A model generated the notes under the pieces. It did not search any database. It was not told where the DNA came from and saw only the letters and a program-made list of their open reading frames with translations. From Botryllus schlosseri (Eukaryota): DNA of 64,000 nt. Location: positions 2,914,001 to 2,978,000 of the forward strand of contig CM119377.1 of assembly GCA_051294905.1 (NCBI GenBank), in the 5' to 3' direction. A program made the position numbers and the translations under genes. Below, piece by piece: positions 24,701-39,700 of this stretch; within the stretch, counting starts at the first letter, position 1, and the number at the start of each line of letters is the position of its first letter.

Positions 24701-27700
24701 TCTGAAAAGTGACATCAATGTTATCATCACGTAAAAAGAAAGCGTCACCTTGCTGTCGACCTTCTGTTGTATGTCCCCTAGCGCTTCCCGCGAATTCATC
24801 AAAACTAAAGCTTGCGAACCCGTCAGCGGAACAGAAATCGTCTGCATTTCGTTACGCAGTCGCCTCTGTCAAAATAGCAATATTTTGAATTTAGATTCAT
24901 TAAAAATATCTGGTTTCTTTGAAAACTCGAGGACGAATTTCCATTAACGAATTGCATATGGCAGAGCGCAAGTCGTTCTCTCAAAGTATACGTTGCCGAA
25001 TACTGCTGTTCATTTATTGATTGGAGTTACGATAGGGGGATTTGAATCATTGTAAAATCCGCGATACAGCATTAAATACACTGAATCCGTGACTTCTTCT
25101 ATAGTCACAATTTCATGTCGGAAAACCAGGTAGTATGAACCAAATTTTACAAATGATATCTCAACGTCACCGACACTAGAACTAAGTGCTGAATACAGAA
25201 CTAAAACAACAATGTGGTACCGTAATTTTTCAAATATAGTACTCCCCAATGTACAATAAGCACCCTTAAAATGGCGTGTAAATTCTGGGAAAAAGCCTGT
25301 ACCTGTGTATAGTACACACCCTACATTAGCAGTACATGAATAGTTATGTTTTAGTATTCAATGTCATTCTGTTTTGCATTACATAACGATAGTAGATAGC
25401 CGCCAAAGCCTGCGACACGATAGTTCAGGCCAGCGATATCTTGCGCACGAGGCCTATTACAGATGCGATTGCTCAGGCTAACGATTACGTCTTGCGCACC
25501 AGGCCTGTTGGAGATGAGACTGTAGTGTTCAGGCCATCAATTACATCTTGCGCACATGGCGATTGGCGTGTTGTATATGCGATTTTTCAGGCCTGTGGTT
25601 GACGTGAGGGTTGCCGCGCGCGCGTGCTGCAATCCATGACCTATTTTCGCTCACGTACAAACGGCAAACCGACTCGGAAGGATCGCTTGCTGTTGTGCAG
25701 CGCAGACGCTTCTTGCAAATTGGCAGCACGTACCACTGATAATACAAATTACTGTACGCAATGGCTGAATGCGATGCGCGAATAAAACAAACATGAAGAA
25801 CGGTGTGATTTCAAGTTATATTTAAATGGAGATTTTTTTCAAGGCTTGTTGTACCCATGCATAATGAGCACCCCCCGATTTTAGGACAAAAAATCGGTAA
25901 AATTTTGCGCATTATACATGGAAAATTACGGTACTTGACAAATACCTTGATTTGTAATTCCTCGCCCATCAATTTTTCAAGAGTTTCCACATTGTGTAAC
26001 GGCCCAGTGAAAATAGCGCTGTTATGTTTGAAATCTATTCTGACCTAAATGAAACAAGAATGTTGAAGAATGAGTAAAAACTAGGGTTACTTATTTAATC
26101 TAATCACTCGGACTCAGGTACTCGATTTGGCCCAGCCCTAGTATAGAGTAACAATGAGTGATGCTCGGAATACTCTACTTGAATCCCATGACTCCATTCG
26201 GAATCTGATCACTCAGGTGCTCGATTTTGTACAGCCCCAGTCACAACGCCACATACTAATTGCACTTACTTGAGAATATTGCGATCGCAATAGCGCCACA
26301 GCGCTCTTTACGTCCTCCTTCTCATGTGGGGCGAAACGTATCACAGTTTTGGAATTGCGATCCTTGAAATAACATATACTAAGCGATGCTGCTGAGAAGA
26401 CATGAGAAATTAGCAAAATTCTACATTCAAGTTAGACTTTTGGACAGTAAAGAACCCATTTTCAGTTTGCAGTACGTCACATAAATATATCTACAGTAAT
26501 TTCGGATGGATTACATGATTAAAAGGAATAATTCTTTGAACCGATAACAGACGATATAGATAATATTAGGATCTTGGTTGCTTTCACACCCTATTTAGCG
26601 TCCACTTGCAACGTAATAACGTGTAATAAATAAAATTATTACGTTTCAATTTGACACTAAATATGGTGTGAAAGCAACCAAGATCCTAATATTATTAAAA
26701 TGAGTATATCTACAAAACTTTAAAATGCATTTTAATGAAATATTCGTTTCCTAAATATATTTAAACTTGTGAAGCTTATCGAGCTGACACTCTCGTCAAG
26801 CTTTGAGTTATAATTTATCTATAACAGAAAATAAGTTAACGTTCGACATGACAAAGTTGCGTTTTAGATTACTTCAAAGCAAGGGGTAGGTTTAATCATG
26901 AAAAAAAAAACCGTTCAAGTAGAATGAGCCAGAAAAAAATCGACCAATAACTGTAGCATATTCGATACCCGATGACTAATCATTTTTTGAATATCTTCGA
27001 CAGCATCACGAACCCCTTCTTTAATGCCTTGCACTTTCACGTCACAGCTGTCAGAATTAGCTGAAGGCACCATGACGGAGACCTATCGTGACAAAGAGAA
27101 ATGGCTTGAAATATAGTCGGGATTATACTGCGTCATAATGTACCAGAGGTGGAACCTAGGTAAGCAAGCTATTACAGAATACTTTACCTTAAAACATTCT
27201 TGCAGTCTTTTGATGTTGCTTCCTTTAGTTCCAATAATGCAACCGTGCAGTTGTCTCTTGACAGGTATTACCTCACATGTGAACTTTGATTCCTGCAACA
27301 CAGCTATTAATTGAGATGAGTGCAATCGGATTACTACATATAACTGTGCATTCGGCTTCCTCGGGTTCTAGTAATATGCTGTTCAAAAAACGCGTTATCT
27401 AATTAGACTAATTAGAGTAAATGCAGGTAATCTAAATCTAATCTAATTTGTGAAATGTTTCTTTGCTCTGATTCTAAGCCTACTTAGGAAATGTTTCTAT
27501 GATCTAATTTGAATTCCAATCGAATTTCTGGTTCTCTTGACAATGCTACAGGAGAAGTTCCCAGTGACAAACAAGGCAAGTTTGCCCACCCACTGACAAT
27601 ATTGCCATAGCTCGGAAGACACTTGTGCGATTGGTGGAACCACGGATTGGTATCACATACTGTCTATAATTTCATGAAACTATGATGCAACTTTAGTATA

Positions 27701-30700
27701 AATACTCACATACTTGAACATAGGAAGTTTTTGGCATAGCGAGTGACTTACCACGTCAGCTACAACTCCGCGTATGAGATTCGCATATATGCCAACTTCA
27801 TACGGATGACCAGTAAGCACAATCTGATCCACGACACAGTTAAAAGCAACCTACAATACAAGAAAACCGGCTGACGTGAAAAAAATGACGGATTAAAAAG
27901 TACTCAAGTCCGATAGCTTCCTATCTGATTGGTATATCGCATAGTACAATGTGCAAGGAAGGTTCAATACAAGTGATGACCAGGTGTGTAAGCAGTTGAT
28001 CGCAGGGTGGAGAATTTAGACATTGCGACTAACGCAAAATGACTAATACCCTACGTGACTGCTGTGAAAAAACGAAAGGCAAATATACGGAAACAGTAGA
28101 ATCACCTCCATCTCAGGAAACTTGGGTTGTTTTTCTCTCAATGAATCCATGACCATTGGCTTCAGCCAGTCTTTCGCAGAGACGTAATCGTGCTCCCTTT
28201 TGACTACCTAACAAACGGATGACAGCAGCGTCAATTAAATCAATTTATTTCAAAGAGTGCAAACATTATAATGGGTGTGTCAAGTATACCTTGAAACTAC
28301 GTAAAGTGGGGCTATTTCCTTTTTTGAATGAAAAGATTGATAAATTCTAATCCATCACTGTTATACCAAGAATAAGTGAATCAAATAAATACGTATCATC
28401 AACATATTTTCATCCGAAGTATTTACATAGTCGGGTACATAATTGATTTCTCTCTCTCTCTCTCCCAAATTCTATCCACATCGACAAAAGCTCCCCATGA
28501 CCATCACCGATCAGTGTTCCCTATAAGCATCTCAAAAATTTATGTTTGACATGATCATCAACTGTGTCCAGCATGAAACTCGATAGAAGCCTTTAGGGTC
28601 AGGTCGGTGTAACGTAGGATTTTGGTTGAAGGTTAGGCGTTTAGCGTTAGAGTTAGGTTGGGGTATTGTACGATTATGGTTTAGGTTCAGAATGGTTCAT
28701 TACAATGTGGAACACCAAACATTTTGAGATGTTCATGGGGAGCCTTGGTGATGGTCAGGGGAAACACTTTTCTACGAGTATACGAATTGAGGAAGCACAC
28801 TAGACCGAAAGAGCCACTCAACCTCATTTAGAATGTCAGTCTTTGCCGTCTCTCTGTTGCCTGGCTTTCCTCTCACTGACATTCCATTCTTCTTTTTTGT
28901 GATCAGTACATCATTCTCTTTTTCCATCCGCTACACAGTAATTGAGAAGGGAATTGTGATGAATACATAGACTGGTAAAGAGCGTATTTTCAAAGGTATA
29001 CAAACTTTCATGAATTCTGTGCAAATCCTAGGCAGCCGATGCTGAGGTATGGTAAAGAATAGCTCTGAATTCTTCAATTCCTGCAATAAAACACAGATGT
29101 AGAAGTAACGTCGTACATTTCAACTCAAGTACTTTTGAAGTTGAAGTGCGCATACCAATGAAAAATGATTAATGACACCAGAAATAGGTGCAATTTTCTA
29201 AACTAAATCCAGTTACTCGGGGTTACCATACATCCTCTCTAAGGAGGATTTGACCTCCTTTTCCCAAAAATGAAAAATGTCCTCCAAGGACGCCAAAATG
29301 TCGTCCTTTTTTCAATTTGTCCACCTTGGACAGCCAAGCGATTGTACAGGCACACCTAAAAATCGCCGTAAATGCCGCAAAATATGGATTTTGATGGCAT
29401 ATATTTACGCAGCACAACAGTATTCCACTTAAAATTTCCAAATTACCCGTTTTCTTATATGATATTATAACTTTCATGATTTGTAAGAAGTGCCCTCTTT
29501 TCCCACAGTTACTGTGGTACAGGGATGATTTTTCCCCATTGGTACGACAATATCACTGAGAACAGCAATGCGAATGCAAACATAACCGCATACTAAACGG
29601 AATTTCAAGTCTAGGAAAGTAGTTTTGCTAAAAACGTAAGTAGCAGCGCACATATTCTAAAAACATAACCAAATAAGTAGGCGAAACCTAAAATTCACTG
29701 CCGAAAACAGAACTGCGATACAAATCATCTATTTGACACAAAATTCCGTTTTTACACAAATTTAATATTGCCACAAAACAGGAATGGATAGTAGACACAC
29801 ACCCATTCTTTGACAAACTTTTCCACAGCAGATTTGGCCTGAGATACTTGCTTCTTTTTACCGCGCAACAACACAGCGCAGTTGTTGGATTTCGGAGGAG
29901 TGACCTCCGCAAGAACGGTAAACTTGTTTTGCCACTCAAAAACTTTGCAGCAGTCCCCCACGGTCAAAACGGGATGAAGATTCTTCTTCACACTTATTCG
30001 AACTTCGACCTAGAATAAAGTACAGTGATTTGTAACTGTTGTTACTTATTAGGAATGTCACTTTATACGAGTGGTACACACTACTCAAGCACCACCAAGG
30101 TCTAGTGGCCGTACAGTAGACTCTTTTGCTAAACCTACTTGTAACAACGCCTGAAATATATTCGTATGTCTTGCGTATATCTGCGTCTTAAGAAGATCTC
30201 ACCAGGATACAGGATTCCAGGTTAAGTAGTCAGCCAGCTAAACCTATAATAATTTGGTTAGCTATACTTCTACTCCCAGGAAATATATACCCTATAACGT
30301 TGCATGGTACCTGAGCGATATCTTAAACGCTACTACGTTGCGTACGAGGACTTTCGACGTTGCCATCGAACTATCAATTTAGTAGCATAAAACTACTGAT
30401 TCGATAGAATCAGTAGACTCTTTTGCTAAACCTACTTGTAACAACGTCTGAAATATATTCGTATGTCTTGCGTACATCTGCGTCTTAAGAAGATCTCACC
30501 AGGATACAGGATTCCAGGTTAAGTAGTCAGCCAGCTAAACCTATAATACTTTGGTGAGCTATACTTCTACTCCCAGAAACAACATACCCTATAACGTTGC
30601 AGTATCTTACCATTTCAGCAACTTTATTCCTCAGAGACTCCGCCACAACATCTCCTTCTGACGGATGGCCCTCCAATATTACACGGTCAGGCATGCTTCC

Positions 30701-33700
30701 AGAATCAAGCTATCGAATAATAAGAATTCGGGGGAAGGATTATTACATCTACCTTGACAGGGATGGTATATGGATTGGATGAAAAAAATAAAAGATTCGA
30801 CCCAAAACTATCAAAACCGACGACAACATGCCTACATTCATGGGTTTGCAAGAGAGAAGTTGAAATAGTTAGGGTAACATACCAACATCACAGTAGGTTA
30901 TGATAGTCCTAATATACTTCTCATATGTACTTGTGTAATTTCTTTCTGTCTTCTGCTTGGAATTTTATTAGTAATTAGTGAAACTCTACTACTACTACTA
31001 CTACTACTATTTTGACCACACCTAATTACTACAGCAAGAGGCATGCAAAATGATGTCGAACCAATATCTAGTGGAAATAATTGTATATATATATAAAAAT
31101 ACAATAACTCATTGAAATAGTATGTCCTTGATCCAGCAGAAAATCCGGATGTGAATCAAAAGATTACAATACAACATCACAATTTCGAATGCGTCACCAA
31201 GCCACTGATGTCACAAGAATGATAATTCTAGCAGCAAAATTACCCGCAATTCAGGAAAATCCCGACGTTTCTGTTCCAAGAAGTCGGAAATGAGTGGTTT
31301 CATCCAGTCGGCAGCAGGGATAGAATACTGGCGATGGATAGAAACCTACGTAAAATGCACAACGGTAGATGGTTTGTGAGAGATTCAACTTTTAAATCAA
31401 TTTCCGGTATAGGTAGAGACATAGTCTCCAACGAATTTTACGACCTGATCCCAGCATTTGGGACAACCAACATTGACCGGCCTGTGTCTATTTGAAGCTG
31501 CAAATAACAAATCGGTTTACCTCAGCCAAAATATCTCTGTTTGTTTTCTGAACATCTGATTGTCTGCCCTTTATGACAACTCCATTCGCTACTTTTGAGA
31601 TCTGCACATTATTGTCTTTTTCTGATCTCTGAAAACATGATATGCAGCATAAAAGTCATTATTTGACTTAGAACTGTATTTAGTGAATGTGGGAAGTGAT
31701 TCCAACGCAAAATGTTGACACAAAGCAAGGTACAACACTGGAACATCGATTTGATTGCCCTGTGGTCCATGCTTTCAATTCCTGTGATTTGCAACTCACA
31801 GTACATGTCATCGAGAGCATATCTTAATTTGAATACTTGCTGGTCAACACTGCATATGTTTACTTTAATTTATTGACTGGACACTTTGACAACTCGTACT
31901 GCTGCCGCCATTATCACGATTGTGATGATTGGAACTGGTGTGGTGTCAATGTAAAAGTTAAGCTTAGTAACAAGCCACATTGACGTTGGCTATGTGCCCA
32001 AATGAAAGCAATGGTTAACAATACGATAGTATTCTTCAGAAATCAATTTCAACATGAACATGATTGGAATAAGAAATAATGACATGCGGTAGAGTAAACG
32101 ATATCGCGCGGTCTGAAAAGTAGGATTTCTGTGCTAGGGCTAGTCTAATGCAAGCAGGACCGCACAGACGAACAGGCAAGCTAGTGGATATCACATTGGT
32201 GCCAGTCAAGAGTGAACGGTTTAAAAAACTATGTCTCCCTTCAACAAAAATTATACATAATTCCGATGTTTCTGTGTAACGTAAAGAGGTTTGTAACCAA
32301 GTCCCAAGTCAATCTCACTTTGATAGTTTTGACTTGAATCGAATCGAGTCATTTTCAATTCACCGCCGAGTCAAGTCGGAGTCCAAGTCAGTGTGTAGAG
32401 CAGTGGTTCCGAACGTGGGCGATATCGCCCCCCAGGGGGTGATTTGGCGGCCTAGGGGGGCGAAAATGACGAAGGGGGCGATGACACGTTAAAACGGCTA
32501 TATTGGAGTCAAGTCGGAGAAATGACCTTTTTTTTTTCAATCAACCCACGGAAATTTCGTTGCAAAAGCGTAAAATTCGACAACGAGCTGAAAAGTTACC
32601 CTTTTTTTTTTTTAGTCAACCTGCCGATGATTACAGTTTGTATACCGATTTTTCGTTTCACGAAATCTGGGGTCGATGATCGGCGTCAAGCTTGAAAAGG
32701 GGGCGATGAGTTGAAAAAGGTTGGGAACCACTGGTGTAGAGGCCAGAGGGTCGAGTCCACTTCATAGCATTGAGACTCGAGTCCGAGTCCAAGTCATTGT
32801 GTTAACTGTTCTGTTTTGAGTTCAATCCGGTCTCTCTCTCTCTCTCTCTCTCTTCTAACAGTTTCTGGCCCTATTTTCCAAGTATCAGGAATGGTAGACG
32901 AAGTACCAATAATGTGGTGACTTTACTATTCTTCGAAGTTACAATGTCTGTTTTAGCCGTCCTAGTCCGAGTCATGTACAAAGACTCGAGTACAGGTCGA
33001 GTCAATACACAAATTGACTCGAGTCAAGTCGAGTCACCAAAAAATTGTGACTCGAGTCATTACAACCCTGAACGTAAATGAAGCGTGTTTCATGGAGCAA
33101 ACATTTATTGATTTTTACCAGAGCAAGAAATTTGGGGAGCTCAATACCTTTTACAGTGTTCCAATACTATTTACAGGTATGACAAAAGATTCATCACGAG
33201 GAGCTCGAGTGCGAGCCACAAGAATTGTCAAACCATCACACACGATTTGGAAATACATGAAATTGAAAAGCATTCGTCATGTAATGAATGTAATCAAACC
33301 TATTTCACTGACCTTGATGAAATCATCTTTAAGTCTATGTAATCGCTGCAAAGGCACGTGTAAAGTGGTGTCGTTTTTCCCCTGAAAGCAATATATCTGC
33401 TGGCAACTGCACATACTATACAGTACATATTGTACATACCAATTGCTGGATAAAGCTTAATATTTCAGATTTTGCATGAAATAGAGCATTGTTCTCCCCT
33501 CTGATGAAAACTTCACAGCTGCTTGAATCAGGAGCAGGTATCTCCATAACAACTCCATATTTCTGCTGCCATTCATTAACTTTGGAACCGTTTTTCCCGA
33601 TTAGAGCACCGTGCAAGTTTTTCTTCACATGAATGCGGAATTCACCCTTAAAAATGAGAATGTTTACATAGTGTTCATGAATTATCATATTTACTTTTTT

Positions 33701-36700
33701 AAGAGGTGCAAGGCAGTAGGGATTCTTTACCGGATTAAATTTGATCCGTTTTGGGGATTATAAAGCAGCATTTCGCTTGCATTTTAAAAGTTTTAGTATA
33801 TTTTTCAAACAATAAATTATGAGTGGGTTGGTCGTTAGGGGCAACCACTAGAATGACATCTGCTGAATCGACAATTTCCGGCTCAACCTATATTAACGAA
33901 AAGAGAGGTAGTATGAAACTTTTGGTATGTAATTGTAAAATGTAATGTAAAAAATTCCCGTTGAAGGGATAATATGGGTCACAAAATCTATTACACAATG
34001 ATGAGAAGGCGAACACTTTTATAAACGAGCAGATCTGATCCTGAACATGATAGAAATACATCAGTGGACCTAAAATACTATTTATTGTATTTTCTACTAA
34101 TTGCAAGATTGTATTGACCAGCTATATTACATTGGTTGGCCAATGGTCAGTTATGCCGAATGCTATCCCATGGGATGACTGTGAATGCGCTTAATATCTA
34201 GGGTTACGCAGTCATTTGAAAAATTATCATTGTCACAGTTACTGAATGAAAACAGAAGTTTAGATTGGACAATTTTACATATTCTGTGATGTTACGCCAT
34301 GAGTTCCAACTAAAATCGCAGGTCTGATAGTCAAACTCGCATGCTTATTTTGCCACTACATAGCTTTGCGTCATAAAAGCATGCGGCGGCTTTCATCGTT
34401 GTGAAAATCAACTCCAGAAGTCTAACTTCAGCAAAATGATCCAAGATACCGTCGACCTCAAACTGAAACGCACTATGACAGTGGTTCCCCACCAGTTTGG
34501 CAAAAAGACATGCCTTTAAAGGTCCAAGACAGAAACGTTTAAACTATCACGAATGCGGACCGTATTACACTTTAGCAAAGTACCAATGGCCACTTCCGTC
34601 TCAATTATTCAACACCAGGAGTGCTGTTATCTAGTCAGTAAATAAAAAATGAATGATTCGCCACTTTCCGTTGTGGTAACATTGCGAAAAACTTGGTATG
34701 TTGTCTAACAATAAATAATCAGGCCGACTTTTGACTTGAGTTGATAATTTGAAATATTTTTCACAGTCAGACAGATTTTAACTTGAAAAATAAAGGTAAA
34801 CACTTTCATAAGTTATGTAGGACTCGGCATGACTTTTTAGGGCTTACGAGTAATTTGGTTGAGAGGTCCAACAAAACCGTCTTGTGAGCTGCACTTTTAG
34901 CACACTTGGGCGAGATTTAAACAAATCACAAGGGAATGGTACGAATAGGGAAGATTTCAAATGGCATTTATACATACTTCTAGCTACAAATCAGCCAAAA
35001 GGAACAAACATAAAATAACGAAAAAATAACCTTCCTTTAAAATCATAAATTTGGGAACCACTGCAATATGAGATCATTTTATGGCTATAAAATTGTCCAA
35101 AATTTACCGGTGTGAATAATCAAACCAATTCAACGGTTACAAGTTGTCTGCTAGTGCAGGAGTAAAGTCCTACTCGCCTATGCATCAGAATAAAGCTTGT
35201 ATTGTCAATACTAACCAGTTGTGCAAGAAAACCTTCTATTTCAAACACTGCATTCTGAAGATATGCAACAGGCCCAGTAATAAGAATGACTCCTTTTATG
35301 TCATTATCAGCAAGCCTTGGGTCCTTGGGCAATATCTGGATACCAACTCCATATCTCCTCTGCCAGTCATTGACTTTTCCGGTTAAGGCGTAGCGAAAAG
35401 GTTTTTTCACACAAATTCTTCTTTCTCCCTGAACGTGATTGAAGTATGTTCATCAGTACGAAATACAAAAGTCATAACTTGGATCAAAACAGATAACTCT
35501 AATCATAAATTTAAGGTGTAGTCTGTGATCATAAGTAGAATAGCTTTTGAAATACATTGTTGTATGGGCCAGTTGATAAACACCTTCCGTGGTGTTAGAA
35601 AACTTGTGCAGTACACTTTGCTCAACATTTCCTGCAGCTGGTGAAGTACACTTATCCTGAGTAAGATACATTTATATATCGTAATGCCTTGAATACAATA
35701 GTAGATAGGTAACATAATTGTTATTTCTGAGTATCAACGATTAATATTTGCATGAGATACAGGTCTGAAAAAGGACTCGCATAAGACACAATTTTCCAAT
35801 ATTGGTCTTGAATTCAGAGAAATCAAAAACAAATATATTTCAAGATGATGTTACAACTTAGCAATAACACCCATCTCTTGCATATGTAACCGCAACATCA
35901 GGAAATCTGAAAATTCACAATTTCTATCGATAGAATGAAAATAATGACATTTGGTTCACGTTGTGATTCAAATTTGCCCTTGTGATTTCAATAATAGATG
36001 TGAAGAAATATATTCCATTACTGCTCATTATCTTCATAAAACTGAGTCACGCAAATGCCCAAGCAATCATGTGCAGACGATCTGCATTAGTAAGATAGCT
36101 AAAACAAATTAACAGCCCTACAAAATAAAGGGATGCGACTGAATAAATATGATCTATAAAATAAAGTGTTTAGACAAAATAAAAGAGCATACATAACATA
36201 AAAAATCGACATGACGGAACTCACAAAAACTCGAAGAACTTCTTCAATCTGATTGCCAACTGGATGCACAGCAGCTGGGTGTCCGCGAATGCATATACTA
36301 CCATTGTCCCAAGATATTTCAATCTATAACATTATCAAAGATGAAGTAAGTTGGCAACTAGATAACAATGTTATACACTTGTAAATTCTATCTCAGTAAA
36401 TAAGAGGAAATTGCAATCAGGTAGTTACATATGCAGATATGAAAGCTGGCTGATACAAACCAAAACATTATTGTGGATTACCAAAATAGAACTAACTTGC
36501 TCTAAATCAGGGGTTCCCAACATATAGACCATGAGCCTTTTTCAGGGGGCGGCAGCATGAAAATATTTAACATAACTATATCAAAATAAATAAATTTTAA
36601 TTCAATAAAAATAAAGTGAACTGTTGAAGCTACAGGGCTAAGCAAGTTATACCCTAAGCGTAATGAAATCGTTGCAGTTAACATCAACATATTGCTGTAA

Positions 36701-39700
36701 ATGCGAGTTCCAACTATGTTACTTCAAATGCAATAAATTATTAGCACATTGTCTTGGATATCCAGTATGACATGGACTGTTTCTTTCCACCAGCAGAGTA
36801 GAACAAGCAACACATTAACTGCATATGTAATAACTAATTAATGTGCTATCATATCTATTTTGTATGCTATTTATATCATTTCATTTATATATATCATTAT
36901 AACGTTTCTTAATTTATCAAGTGGTCGAAAAAATAGGGAAGGGCATCGTTCTTTTAAAATTGTCGAAGGGGACCATGGCGTAAAACATGTTGGGAGCCCT
37001 TGCTCTAAATTATTTCACAAATATATCCGGAAGAATAACGGTAAACTTGAAATACGAATCCATGCAGTCATGGAAAATACTCAATTAAACATACTTCAGG
37101 AAAAGACCTTTTCGCTTCCTCAATTTTGAGACGGCATTCATCAAAGACCCACTTGGGAGCGATATAATTCCTTACGTCGACTCGAGAAATCTGCGGAGAT
37201 TTGGTCAGTTGTTAGGTGAACTCAAAACAGACGACGGTAGAAGAATGCAAGATTAGAGTTACAAGTTCAACTTGAAATGACTGAATTTACAAGTGACCGG
37301 TCAACAAATAAGTCGTGTGCTAAAGCAATTGTTTATCACTATGTCACAACTCAACACATGGAATCACAATGCTTTCCAGCATAAGGATGAAAATTATTTT
37401 TCTGATGCCCACGTAGGAGAAATTTGTCACGCACAAATAGGAGACTATATGTAGACAAATCGCCATGCATTATCACGTAAATACAACCAATTCCCAAGAA
37501 ATAGATAGGACACCAGATAGGACTTTCATGATACACTGTGATTGTGTGAGAAATTCATAATAACTGCTACGCTGTTATACTATACTCCCGTATTCACATG
37601 AATATACATTATACATTACATATACCCATCAGATTTTGTGATACAATTGATGATACACGATGTTCTTGTACGAATGTAGGTGCCACTGTGATTGTGGCTA
37701 ATTGGGAAGAACGTCAAAGCGTTTGCAGGAACGCATAAATCAGAAGTCCTTAGATTTATGAGAACGCGCGCATCACGCTTTGTGAAAAGCTCACACTTGA
37801 CTCATCCGATCAAGCTTGATGCGGAGAGATCAAAGGTCATAAATTCTGCTAATGGCAACCATCTGTTGGATAGGCTAATCCCGTTTGTGCGAATAATTGT
37901 CGAGACGACAAATTTCGCATCATCGGCGGTGGACACTGGCATTTGTGTGCCTTGAAGTCGACTTTTATCAAAATATACCAACCAAGGCTGTGTCAATAAA
38001 AGGAGTTTGTGTATCATCTAAAAATAGTACATTGAACTCTCTCTTATTCGAAATTTCATGCCGGGGAGTGGTGACGTCATATTTTGTGATATGTTGTTAA
38101 TATCCAATGATCTTTCCAATTCTCTACTAGTTGCTGACAATTACCGAATCAGCCGAAAATATTCGGGTTCATTTCAATATGAATATTACTATTCAATTGG
38201 ATATACATTTGCGAGCCATTCCACAATTGTCATAGATTGAGTCTGAGCCAAGTCAAATCAGTGAATCGATTGAAGTCCTAACTCAAGTCCTCTCAACACT
38301 GGTGGAAGAACTACCAACAATTATCATTATCTGTGTCATATTAACTCACCTCATCCAAGATCAATTTCATTCCTGTTTGTATGCGAGCTGGTGGTCCGTC
38401 AAGCACAAGAAGTCCCGCTCCTTTCCATTTCACAGATACTCCGGCAGTACATCTAATATGCTAGACAGTAGACAGCGTATCAAGGTGGGATATATGTTGA
38501 GTGATGTACATTCGAACAAACCTGAAGGAAGTCGCCAGGAACTCGGTACAAGAGCGACGGATTGATACGCAGCTCATTATTGACTTCTTTCAGCTTGAAA
38601 GAAATAGAGCGTTAACGGCAGAAACATAACAAAGCCTCGAAAAGTCAAGAGCACACCAAGAAATGGGTCTTCACAGGTCATTTCTTACCGGAGGTACAAG
38701 TACCGATGCGGTACATTTCATGACAAATGCTACAATTTACACCAGGGGTAATCAAATCGGGGTACGAGACACGCGAGCAACGTCATTTTTCCGGTACTGG
38801 TACAATTTTCTGGGACAGCGACCTTAGGAATTAACGGTATATCGAGATTTAAGTTTGAGATCCTCAAATTATAGATTTCTAACATAAGGATGGATGCGCT
38901 GCAGTCGCCACGCTCGAATGCCACGAGAAGTCTGCTGAAGAGCCGGCTAAAAGCAGCATATTGGCAGTTGTAGAGCCGGCAATAATAATACTGGTCTTAA
39001 TCGAAAGCTAGTGTCACGCTGATTTCGAAAATACAAGTTTAAGTTTGATCAGGGCAATGTAACCAGCATGAAATAGTCGTCAACGTATTAAAATCCGTCG
39101 TTTAAAACAATCGCTCGACGCAATTAGCTATTGGTATTGTCATTGCGTTGTCACGCAATTATTCGGAACAATCGGCTTTGATAGCTAGTTCGGAGTGGTT
39201 TCATTGCTCTGACCAGATGTTGATTTGTATTTTCGGGGTCAGTGCGACACTAGCTTTCGATTAGGACCAGTATTATTAAATTTGAGCGCTCGGGTCGCTA
39301 GCTATAGGACTACCAATTATGCTGGTTTTAGCCGGCTCATCAGTAGACCTCTCCAGGTATTCAAGCGTGACGGCCGGGTCGCGCATCTATCTGCAGGTTG
39401 GTAATCTATATTCAAATCCAGCGTTTATTAAGGCTTAATAGCACCATGCTTTTGCCTCATGTATGTTATCCGTAATGACTTACTGTTTCTCTACTGTTGT
39501 TGTGGTAATGAGAGTAACTGCGAAGTCTATACTGTAGATCTCGGGGTAGTTCTATCAGAACCAGTAACTTCTGCTGATTATGATGGCTAATTGATTAGCG
39601 TTATGGGAATCTCCAGTGTTTTGCTATGTACAAGTACAATGATGAGCAGGCTATAGGCTACTTTATGGGTCTGGCCTAATATGGCAAAGTCGCATCCAGC

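Noticed and set aside
25400-25560. CRISPR-like array (also the GACTC arrays and 62300-62450)
   Set aside because: Eukaryotic context, degenerate whole-unit tandem repeats without unique spacers, no cas genes.
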